A stretch of 64,000 nt of DNA, from positions 68,380 through 132,379 of the forward strand of contig CAVRLX010000032.1 of NCBI GenBank assembly GCA_963721725.1, given 5' to 3'. The notes under the pieces were generated by a model, which saw only the letters and a list, made by a program, of their open reading frames with translations, was not told the origin of the DNA and did no database searches. The stretch comes from an uncultured Chloroflexia bacterium (GTDB taxonomy: Bacteria > Chloroflexota > Anaerolineae > Caldilineales > Caldilineaceae). This document shows, one piece after another, positions 20,703-28,101 of this stretch; position 1 is the first letter of the stretch, and each line of letters begins with the position of its first letter. The translations under genes were made by a program, and so were the position numbers.

Positions 20703-20986
20703 AACTCCGTCGCTTCGGCCAAAACCGTCTCTCGGATTCGAGTGCGCAGACCTTGCTCCACAATAACATCTACAGGACAACCCAACAGTCTTTCCAAATC
20801 CACGATCAATCCCGCATGATCAAGGAGACTGCGGCCTTCTTCTAGCTCCACCAGAAAATCTACATCACTGTGTCCAGATGCATCGCCCCACGCGATTGAA
20901 CCAAAAACGCGCACGTTGTAGGCACCATGTCTGGTTGCAATCGATAGGATTTCATCACGCTGAGTTTGTAGCTCTTGTATCTGCAT
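20699..20986 (-). CDS. mntA: MntA-type nucleotidyltransferase antitoxin
   Basis: MQIQELQTQRDEILSIATRHGAYNVRVFGSIAWGDASGHSDVDFLVELEEG carries the GSx(n)SDxD minimal nucleotidyltransferase motif. It is translationally coupled to hepT. Confidence 0.85.
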   Translation of the reverse strand: MQIQELQTQRDEILSIATRHGAYNVRVFGSIAWGDASGHSDVDFLVELEEGRSLLDHAGLIVDLERLLGCPVDVIVEQGLRTRIRETVLAEATEL

Positions 20987-21066
20987 GCCACCACTCCCAG
21001 AGGAAACGCATTGCCCCTCTTTGCTCGTTTCCATCGTAAGCAAGGAGGGGAACACTGTCAATTGTA

Positions 21067-21821
21067 TTAGATCCGCACCTCGACCCGCACCCCGCGCAGA
21101 TCCATCTCGTAGACCAGATCCGCGATGGGCGGGTGGCTGAGATACCAGTGGATGCCGTGATGGGCGGCGCTGCCGATCTGGGTCACAACTTCATCGTGGA
21201 TAAAGCTGTCTACGGGTTGCGCTGTGTAGATGTTGACAGCCGTGACCCCGTCCCAATTTGCGCCCAGCCCGCTCAGCCGTTCGGCCATGACGGCCATGAC
21301 CGTGCGTGCCTTCTCGGCCAGCGCATCGGTGAGGTCTCGCCGGGGCGCACTACGGCATCCGCCGAAAGGGCCGCCTGATCACGCAGATCGCCGGCCCCGG
21401 CTACGATAAAGGTCGGCTCGGTGCGTTCACTGGGGACTGTGTACGAAAAGGCATAGAGGCTTGGCTCGCTGGGCGCTGCCACTGTCGGCGCAACGTTGGT
21501 ACGGGCAACGGGATTGCGCCCGCTCAGGAGCAATCCCCAACTTGCCAACAGTTGTTGATAGCCGCCGTTGAACTCGCCAAACCCGGCAAAGCTCAAGGGG
21601 CGCGGCAGGCGCAACTCCACGGCACACAGCGCCACGCGCGGGCGATCCACCGTGCCCAAATAGCGTTCGATCTGGGAGAAACCCGCCACATAGGGCAGCG
21701 GACGCTGCAACGTGGCGCGCACAATTTCATAGCCGGGCATGGCAATCACGCCAGCGGAATAGGGCGCAATGCCGGTGAGAAAACGATAGTTGCCATCGGG
21801 GTTGTCCAAGAGTTGCATCAT
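21067..21821 (-). CDS. conserved hypothetical protein, possibly a RidA/YjgF-fold deaminase-like protein; 1 frameshift near 21290
   Basis: MMQLLDNPDGNYRFLTGIAPYSAGV...FIVAGAGDL continues in ORF 21067..21297 as ...VTAVNIYTAQPVDSFIHDEVV...LVYEMDLRGVRVEVRI. The C-terminal pattern loosely resembles RidA-family proteins. Support is weak. Confidence 0.45.
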
Positions 21822-21980
21822 GTGGAATCTTTTCTAGTGGATCGACTTGGTCAGGACTTACGCAAAATTGGCGAACTATACAGGTGCGTCGCACCCTAGA
21901 CCTGTAGAGTTACACATTGGCTTCGATATGCCTTCGCAGACTTGGCTACGCGACCAGCGTTTGCATGAGTCCTATTGGTG

Positions 21981-22760
21981 TTAATGCGTAATGGCACGCC
22001 GCTCCATTACTGCATTACTCGTTGAGGCTGTGAATGCCCGTATCCGCGCCGCGTCCGTCGTCAGCCGCGTATACTCTGGCATGCGCAACTCGCCGCCCAT
22101 GAAGACGTGGGCATTGCGGTATTCCATCGCACTCTCCACAGCCGAACGCCCGCTGACATGGATCTCGCGCACGCCGCTTTGCGCCACGATTTTGGCGACA
22201 TGGCGTTCGGCGATGCCGCCGCCGGGCATGATGATCACCCGATCCCCGGCGCGCTGCACCAACTCGGTGATCAGATCCAGCCCTTCCAACACAGTCCGTT
22301 CTTGCCCAGAGGTGAGGATGCGATCCACGCCCAGGTCGATGAGCGTTTCCAGCGCCTCAAACGGATCTCGGCAGACATCAAAGGCGCGGTGAAAGGTGAC
22401 GCTGAGCGGGCGCGCCAACTTCGATGAGCGTGGCGATACGTGCCCTGTCCACCGTGCCGTCTGCATTGAGAATGCCAATCACGACGCCGTTTGCGCCCAA
22501 CGCTTTGGCCGTTTCCACGTCCCGGCGCATGACCTCGAATTCGATCTCGCTATAACAAAAATCACCGCCGCACGGCGGATGATCACGTTGAGATCAATGC
22601 TGATCTGCTGGCGTGTGATGGCGATAGTCCCCGCGCTGGGCGTGGTGCCGCCTTCAAAGAGATTGTCACACAGTTCGACGCGCGCAGCGCCGCCACGCGC
22701 AGCGGCCATCGCGCCTTCCACCGAATCCACACAGACTTCCACGGTAAGGGCAGATGTCAT
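21981..22760 (-). CDS. cutC: copper homeostasis protein CutC; two compensating frameshifts (about 22600 and about 22440)
   Basis: MTSALTVEVCVDSVEGAMAAARGGAARVELCDNLFEGGTTPSAG... The segment ...RPLSVTFHRAFDVCRDPFEALETLIDLGVDRILTSGQE is in the same frame. The ~170 bp in between reads correctly (FCYSEIEFEVMRRDVETAKALGANGVVIGILNADGTVDRARIATLIEV) only in another frame. Its ATGA overlaps the upstream permease stop. Confidence 0.85.
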
Positions 22761-23621
22761 GTCTTGAGCGCCCCTTCGAGCAAGCCCTGGAAGAAGAAGC
22801 GTTGGGCAAAGGCAAAGACGATAATTCCCGGTGTAATCACAATCACATAGACGGCGGCGATGCGCGGCCACGCCCATTGGCCCATGCCGCCGTGGGCCGA
22901 GGCCAGCACCACCGGCAGCGTGCGCACAACTTGGTCGTTGGTCAGTGTAGCGGCCAGCAGATATTCGCCCCAAGAAGTAACAAAGTTGACGATGAGTACC
23001 ACCACCAGCCCGTTGGTGATCAGCGGCAGTGCCACCACAAAGAGCGCCCGCCACGGTCCACAGCCATCAATGCGGGCGGCGTCCATAAGCTCTGCGGGGA
23101 TCTGCTCAAAGATGCTGCGCATAATCAGAATGCTAATGGCAAGATTGAGGGTGACATAGGGCAGGATCAGCCCGGTGGTGGTATTGATTAGCCCCAAATT
23201 GCGCTGGATTTCAAAAATTGAGATCAGCGAAACCACGCGCACGGGGAAGTAGAGCGAGGCGATCAGCCCAAAAAGCACCAGTTTGCGCCCTGGCAGTTCC
23301 AAATGGACCAGGGCATAGCCGCCCAACACGGCGCAGATCGAGGTGATCAAGCACAGTGGACATGGTGACGTAGATGCTGTTCCACAGGTTGCGCGGCAGT
23401 GTGTCGATCTTCTGCAACACATAGCCGTAGTGGGTGAAATCGAACGTTTCCGGCCACAGCGCGCCGGTGTAGGCATCGGGGATGGATTTAATCGAGAGTA
23501 GCAGCACCCAGGCCAGCGGCAAGAGGATGATCAGTACGAAAAAGTTGATCACAACGTGCTTGAGGATGCTCCCGATCTGGCCGCGGCGGCGGTGATGGTT
23601 GGTAAGGGCGTGTTGTGCCAT
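22757..23621 (-). CDS. carbohydrate ABC transporter permease (MalG/CUT1-type); 1 frameshift near 23350
   Basis: MAQHALTNHHRRRGQIGSILKHVVINFFVLIILLPLAWVLLLSIK... is followed by ...LITSICAVLGGYALVHLELPGRK...EQIPAELMDAARIDGCGPWRALFVVALP, the EAA-loop region. Confidence 0.85.
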
Positions 23622-23638
23622 AGGTCTATCCTTTCAGA

Positions 23639-23698
23639 GACGGTGGACGAAAGACAATGGACGAAGGTTACGAATCCTTTCGTCCATCGTCCGCCGTC
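23639..23698. repeat. nested intercistronic hairpin between the two permease genes
   Basis: The outer stem pairs gacggtggacg with cgtccgccgtc, with one G-U pair. The inner stem pairs atggacgaagg with cctttcgtccat. It is built from GACGAAAG-type sub-repeats. Confidence 0.65.
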
Positions 23699-23714
23699 TT
23701 TCGTCATATTCACT

Positions 23715-24659
23715 TTAATCCTGCGGTCGGAACACGTACAACAGCCCCCCCACCACGACCATCATGGCGGCAGCGCCGATCCAGCCGATGGCCGAGGCGT
23801 AGCCCTGTGCCCATTGACCCAACTTAAAGGCCAGATCGTACATGTAGACGGTCCAGGTGTAGGTGGGCGAAGCGCGATTAAAGCCGCCGAAGATCAGAAA
23901 CTCATCAATGACGGCCATGGCCGAGCCAAAGCGCAGCACCACCAGCACGGCCAGGATCGGGCGCAGGCGCGGAATGGTGACATGCACCAGCAGTTTCCAC
24001 TCGTTGGCCCCGTCAATGCGCGCCGCTTCGTAAAGCTCTTTGGGAATGGCGGCCAGCCCGGCCAAAAAGAACATGGTGTGATAACCCAGCCCCCACCAGA
24101 CTTCAAAGATGGCTACAGCGGGCAAGGTTAAAGCCGTGCCGCCCAACCACTGTGGTGCGGTCTGTGGGGTAAAGAGATGCAGCCATTCAATCAAAATGTA
24201 GTTAATGGGACCAATCTGAAAGTTGTACATCCACTTCCAGAGCACAAAGATCATGGGGCCGGGGATCACAGCGGGGATCAGGATGATAATGCGGTAAAAG
24301 GTTGCCAGCGCTTGGTTGTGGACGCGATCCACGAGCACGGCTAGTAAGAGAGGGATGATAATCGTGCCGGGCAAGAACATCAGCGTGAACTGTGCGGCAC
24401 GCCACAGCCCATCAAAGACTACAGGATCGGCCAAGGCATCGGCGTAATTTTGAAAACCCACCCACCTGGGCGGTGCTGAACTTAGATATTTGTAGTCGGT
24501 AAAACTAATAAAAAGCACACGCAGAATGGGATAGACCATGTAGCCCAAAAAGAAAAAGAGGGCCGGGATCAAAAAGATCCAATGATTTAAATAGCGCCAG
24601 ACGGCAGAGCGCCGATGCTCAATAGGGTGTGATGTGGTTTTGGAGGTGAGCGTTGCCAT
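23715..24659 (-). CDS. carbohydrate ABC transporter permease (MalF/CUT1-type)
   Basis: An intact 314-aa polytopic ORF. The EAA-loop region reads PKELYEAARIDGANEWKLLVHVTIP. Confidence 0.9.
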   Translation of the reverse strand: MATLTSKTTSHPIEHRRSAVWRYLNHWIFLIPALFFFLGYMVYPILRVLFISFTDYKYLSSAPPRWVGFQNYADALADPVVFDGLWRAAQFTLMFLPGTIIIPLLLAVLVDRVHNQALATFYRIIILIPAVIPGPMIFVLWKWMYNFQIGPINYILIEWLHLFTPQTAPQWLGGTALTLPAVAIFEVWWGLGYHTMFFLAGLAAIPKELYEAARIDGANEWKLLVHVTIPRLRPILAVLVVLRFGSAMAVIDEFLIFGGFNRASPTYTWTVYMYDLAFKLGQWAQGYASAIGWIGAAAMMVVVGGLLYVFRPQD

Positions 24660-24664
24660 GATGC

Positions 24665-24694
24665 TCCATATTTACAGTGTCCATATTTACAGTG
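24665..24694. repeat. perfect tandem duplication of a 15-mer (tccatatttacagtg x2) immediately upstream of the permease start codon
   Basis: The two units are 24665..24679 and 24680..24694. On the minus strand the sequence reads cactgtaaatatgga-cactgtaaatatgga-gcatcATG, so the GGAG-type RBS lies at the junction of the proximal unit. Confidence 0.8.
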
Positions 24695-24700
24695 AAAGAA

Positions 24701-24752
24701 GATCCGTGCAACGTGATGCGTGATTGTCCTTACGCATCACGTTGCACGGATC
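24701..24752. repeat. perfect 21-bp stem / 10-nt loop intercistronic hairpin between the binding-protein and permease genes
   Basis: gatccgtgcaacgtgatgcgt-gattgtcctt-acgcatcacgttgcacggatc starts 5 nt after the SBP stop codon. No strong U-tract follows it. Confidence 0.8.
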
Positions 24753-24757
24753 ACATT

Positions 24758-26191
24758 TTACGCCTGTGTCTTTGCCAGTTCGGCCAACACCGCATCTTTG
24801 GCGGCTTGCATGGCGACCATCGGATCCGCCTCTTCGCCAGTGAGGAACTTCTCCCAATAGGGCTTGCCGATTTGGAACTGGCTCAGCCCAAAGAGATGGT
24901 TGTTAATGGCCCGTGCAATCGGCAGTTGACCGCGGATCAGGCCCACGAATTCCGGCATCCATTCCGGCGGGTTGGCGTCCCACTCGGCATAGAGCGAAGT
25001 GTAGGGCGGCAGTTGACCAGGGTGCGCCGTGGGGCTGCCTGCAATGGAATCCTGCCAGATCTGCTGATCGTACGTCAACGTGCGAATGTACTCGGCAGCC
25101 TTCTCCTTGTTTTGTCCATGCTTAAAGAGACACGCGCCTGTGGTCCAGAAGACCGTGCCGCCTTCGCCGTTGACAAACTTGGGCAGCCCACCCATCATCA
25201 GCTTGGACGGATCGGGCCAGTTGGCGGCCATGCGCAGCGGTGCGTTGAAGTATTTGGTGTAAAAGGCGACGCGTTGCGCCGCAAAGGCCACTTCGTCGGG
25301 CGTGCCGTTGACGCCGCCGTCGGTGGCCCCTTCCAACAGAATATCGGGGTGCGAGAGCGCCATCATCTCTTTCATCAACTTCAGCGCCTCAATTGCGGCT
25401 TCGTGGGTGAAGTCGAACAGCCCCTCTTCTGTGTAAACGTCGGTGCTCATGCTGTGGGTATAGGGAACCAGCGAGCGCCAGCCGTGGCTGTCGAAGGTGC
25501 AGCCATAGAGCGCTGCGCCCGAATCCATCACCTGTTTGGAGGCAGCTAGGTACTCGTCCCACGTGGCGGGAATGCTGGTGATGCCCGCTGCTTCGGTGAG
25601 TTCCGAGTTCCAGCCCATACCGATGACATCCAACAAGAAGGGCCAGCTATACAGCTTGCCGTTGACGGTACATTCTTCGCGGATGGACGGGATCAGATCA
25701 TCCAACACTTCTTGGGGAATGAAATCATCCCAGGGCATGATCACATCCGCCTCGATTAACTGGGTCATCTCCACAAAGGGGGTCATGCCCACATAGACAT
25801 CCCACGTGCTTTCATTGTTTTTGGCCTCGGCCACAAAGCGCTCGATGCCGAACCCTTCCACCGGCGCAATCTGAAAATTGAGATCGCCGTCGTTGGCTGC
25901 CGCAAATGCGTCGTTGACCTGCGGGATGCTGGGGTGCAGATCGACGATCCACTGATAGAACGTGGGGGTAACCGGGCGTCCGGCTGTCGCAGCAGTCTCT
26001 GCCGCCGGTGCGCCTGTCCCCGCAGGGGCCGCCGGGGCGGGCATACAGCCAGCCACAGCCGCACTGATCCCACTCAAGCCCAACCCTGCCGCCATCATAC
26101 GTGTCATAAACTGACGGCGGTTGATCTGTCCACGCTGCAACCGATTCAGCAGTGCGTTTTGGATCTGAAGTTCTTCCTCGCGACGTGACAT
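24758..26191 (-). CDS. extracellular solute-binding protein (ABC family 1 sugar-binding lipoprotein with a Tat-type signal)
   Basis: An intact 477-aa ORF. It has a twin-arginine signal QINRRQFMTRMMAAGLGLSGISAAVAGC with a lipobox Cys, followed by an Ala/Pro-rich linker. Confidence 0.9.
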   Translation of the reverse strand: MSRREEELQIQNALLNRLQRGQINRRQFMTRMMAAGLGLSGISAAVAGCMPAPAAPAGTGAPAAETAATAGRPVTPTFYQWIVDLHPSIPQVNDAFAAANDGDLNFQIAPVEGFGIERFVAEAKNNESTWDVYVGMTPFVEMTQLIEADVIMPWDDFIPQEVLDDLIPSIREECTVNGKLYSWPFLLDVIGMGWNSELTEAAGITSIPATWDEYLAASKQVMDSGAALYGCTFDSHGWRSLVPYTHSMSTDVYTEEGLFDFTHEAAIEALKLMKEMMALSHPDILLEGATDGGVNGTPDEVAFAAQRVAFYTKYFNAPLRMAANWPDPSKLMMGGLPKFVNGEGGTVFWTTGACLFKHGQNKEKAAEYIRTLTYDQQIWQDSIAGSPTAHPGQLPPYTSLYAEWDANPPEWMPEFVGLIRGQLPIARAINNHLFGLSQFQIGKPYWEKFLTGEEADPMVAMQAAKDAVLAELAKTQA

Positions 26192-26304
26192 ACAAGTCTC
26201 CTTCGTGAAAAATAAAATGAGGGGCTAGATATAAATACTCCGCTTGGGACGGAGCAGAAATAGGCTGCGCTCCAGGGGAATGGATGGGTTGAGGGATGCC
26301 AACA

Positions 26305-26420
26305 TATACGAAACAGCGCCACAAAGCAATCATTTCTGCTCTTTGAACAATCTCCTTGTGTGCTGCTGCGAAGTATATAAACGGCGGGATGGTTCTCCGA
26401 TCCGTTGCGCGCAGTATACC
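26305..26420. repeat. three further copies of the ~45-bp AT-rich motif seen at 9348..9497 (one reverse, two forward)
   Basis: The reverse copy is 26305..26348; its reverse complement is gttcaaagagcagaaatgattgctttgtggcgctgtttcgtata. A forward copy is at 26349..26385 (..ctccttgtgtgctgctgcgaagtatataaacggc). A partial forward copy is at 26399..26420 (gatccgttgcgcgcagtatacc). Confidence 0.7.
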
Positions 26421-26613
26421 AATCCCCCTAATCAGTGTCAAACAAGGCGAAAATCTTACGGCTCCCATCACCCAGTATTGGCGATGGGGCTTTTACCGCT
26501 GAACGTAACTTTCCCCTCTATCCTGATAGATAGATTTTCACCCAAATGCTCTATAGTAAGAGCGATCAATAGACCCCGACTTTCTGGCTCTTCATACAAT
26601 TTGGGAGGCGAAC

Positions 26614-27966
26614 ATGAGGCAACTTTGGATAGGTAAAGGGCGTTTTTGGGGGATGATTTTGGCGGGGGCAACCCTGTTACTGTGTATGGTCAATGTCACC
26701 CTGGCTCAGGATGCCGAGCCATATGTGGTAACGCTGGGGCCGGGCGAGACCATTGAAATCACTGTTAACGGCTATTGTTTGCAGCGCGATGAACCCTTTC
26801 CAGGATCGGTCTTGGTCTATACAGGTCCGATCTCAGATCCGCTGCAAGTTGCCATCGACTATAGCCTGGAATCCACCTACATTGAGAGCGATCTTTATGA
26901 CACCCAACTGGCTGTTTGGGAATTAACCGACGAGATCCGTCCTGATTTTGCTGGCCCGGTGGCCGTGGAAGTGGTGGACTATGCGCTGGAAAATCCTTTG
27001 CCCGTCACCGCGGCGCTGGAATTCCCCTCGATCTCGGCCCTGTTGGATGATGGCACGTTGACCGCCCAAGTTGTGGACTATGTAAACCTCACCACGCCGC
27101 AGTTTTTCGGGCAAGGAACGTTGATCATCACCAACGAGTCCGACGAAGAAGTGATCTTTTACATTCCCACAGGCGTGAAATTTTCTGACCCTGACGACGA
27201 AAGCACACAGGATGTCGCTATCTTTGTGCCTCGGCGTGAACTGGAATTTGCCACCGTTGCCTTTGAAGTCGAGACCGACCCTGCGCCCACGGTCATCGCC
27301 TGTTGGGATTTGAATCAAAACGGCGTGGCCGATGATAACGAGGATTCTAACGGGGATGGGGTGATCGATGTGCTTGATTGTCGAGGGCCAGTTGGTCCCG
27401 CTGGCCCTCGTGGCCCCGCAGGTTCACGCGGCACATCCGGTGCAGCAGGGCCACCCGGCGCGCCCGGTCTGCCCTGTTGGGATCTAAACGGCAATGCAGT
27501 GGCCGATCCCGAAGAGGACATCAACCAGGATGGCCTGGCCGATGCCCGCGATTGTCAAGGCGCGACGGGGGCTGTGGGGCCAGTTGGCCCAGTCGGACCG
27601 GCTGGCCCGCCTGGATTGGTGGCTGTCCAGCAACTGACCAAAACCACACCCATCAACAACGAAGCTGTCAAAGCCCTGACTGTCGAATGTGGGCCTAATC
27701 AGATTGTCGTCGCCGGCGGCTACCGCTTAGAATCACCACTGCCGCCCAATTGGTTCTTTATGCCTGTGGCGAATTTTCCCAGCAGTCCCAATGTGTGGAC
27801 AGTCCAGATCAACGCTTGGTTTGCCCGCATTGCCCCAGCGGGAGATTGCGGCTGTACCGACCAGTGGGGCTTCACAGCCTACGCCATCTGTGTGGACCCG
27901 GCAGCCACCAACGCCGTGGTTGCACCCGTGCCCGTCGTCACCCCCACCCCGGTTAGCAAGCCCTGA
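26614..27966 (+). CDS. secreted collagen-like repeat protein with two Cys-bracketed Asp-rich (TSP3/EF-hand-like) modules
   Basis: An intact 450-aa ORF with a GGGAGG RBS and a signal peptide (..LLLCMVNVTLAQD). Its two modules are CWDLNQNGVADDNEDSNGDGVIDVLDC-RGPVGPAGPRGPAGSRGTSGAAGPPGAPGLP and CWDLNGNAVADPEEDINQDGLADARDC-QGATGAVGPVGPVGPAGPPGLV. A Cys-containing C-terminal domain follows. Confidence 0.85.
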   Translation: MRQLWIGKGRFWGMILAGATLLLCMVNVTLAQDAEPYVVTLGPGETIEITVNGYCLQRDEPFPGSVLVYTGPISDPLQVAIDYSLESTYIESDLYDTQLAVWELTDEIRPDFAGPVAVEVVDYALENPLPVTAALEFPSISALLDDGTLTAQVVDYVNLTTPQFFGQGTLIITNESDEEVIFYIPTGVKFSDPDDESTQDVAIFVPRRELEFATVAFEVETDPAPTVIACWDLNQNGVADDNEDSNGDGVIDVLDCRGPVGPAGPRGPAGSRGTSGAAGPPGAPGLPCWDLNGNAVADPEEDINQDGLADARDCQGATGAVGPVGPVGPAGPPGLVAVQQLTKTTPINNEAVKALTVECGPNQIVVAGGYRLESPLPPNWFFMPVANFPSSPNVWTVQINAWFARIAPAGDCGCTDQWGFTAYAICVDPAATNAVVAPVPVVTPTPVSKP

Positions 27967-27976
27967 ACAAACCACC

Positions 27977-28010
27977 AAAAAAGAAGCCCGGTCTCCGAAG
28001 AGACCGGGCT
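27977..28010 (-). terminator. Rho-independent terminator for the glgX-treY-treZ operon
   Basis: The minus strand reads AGCCCGGTCTC-ttcg-GAGACCGGGCT followed by TCTTTTTT. That is an 11-bp perfect stem, a 4-nt loop and a U-tract, about 90 nt downstream of the treZ stop. Confidence 0.8.
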
Positions 28011-28101
28011 GCGGCTGGCAACAATGTAGGCAACTATGATAGCCGCAAGTATTTATACTATGGCCCACAGCGCATTCTCGTTCTGTAAGAGTCCTTCAAA
28101 T

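Noticed and set aside
22479-22481. The in-frame TGA within cutC as possible selenocysteine or programmed recoding.
   Set aside because: The ~170 bp around it read as conserved CutC sequence only in a different frame. The TGA is therefore an out-of-frame by-product of two compensating indels, not a recoding site.
27301-27621. The Gly-X-Y region as a mere GC-rich low-complexity artefact or non-coding sequence.
   Set aside because: The ORF is long and intact, with a strong RBS and a signal peptide. The Gly-X-Y periodicity is exact over 10 and 7 triplets, and the preceding Cys/Asp modules are duplicated with conserved spacing. This argues for genuine coding sequence.
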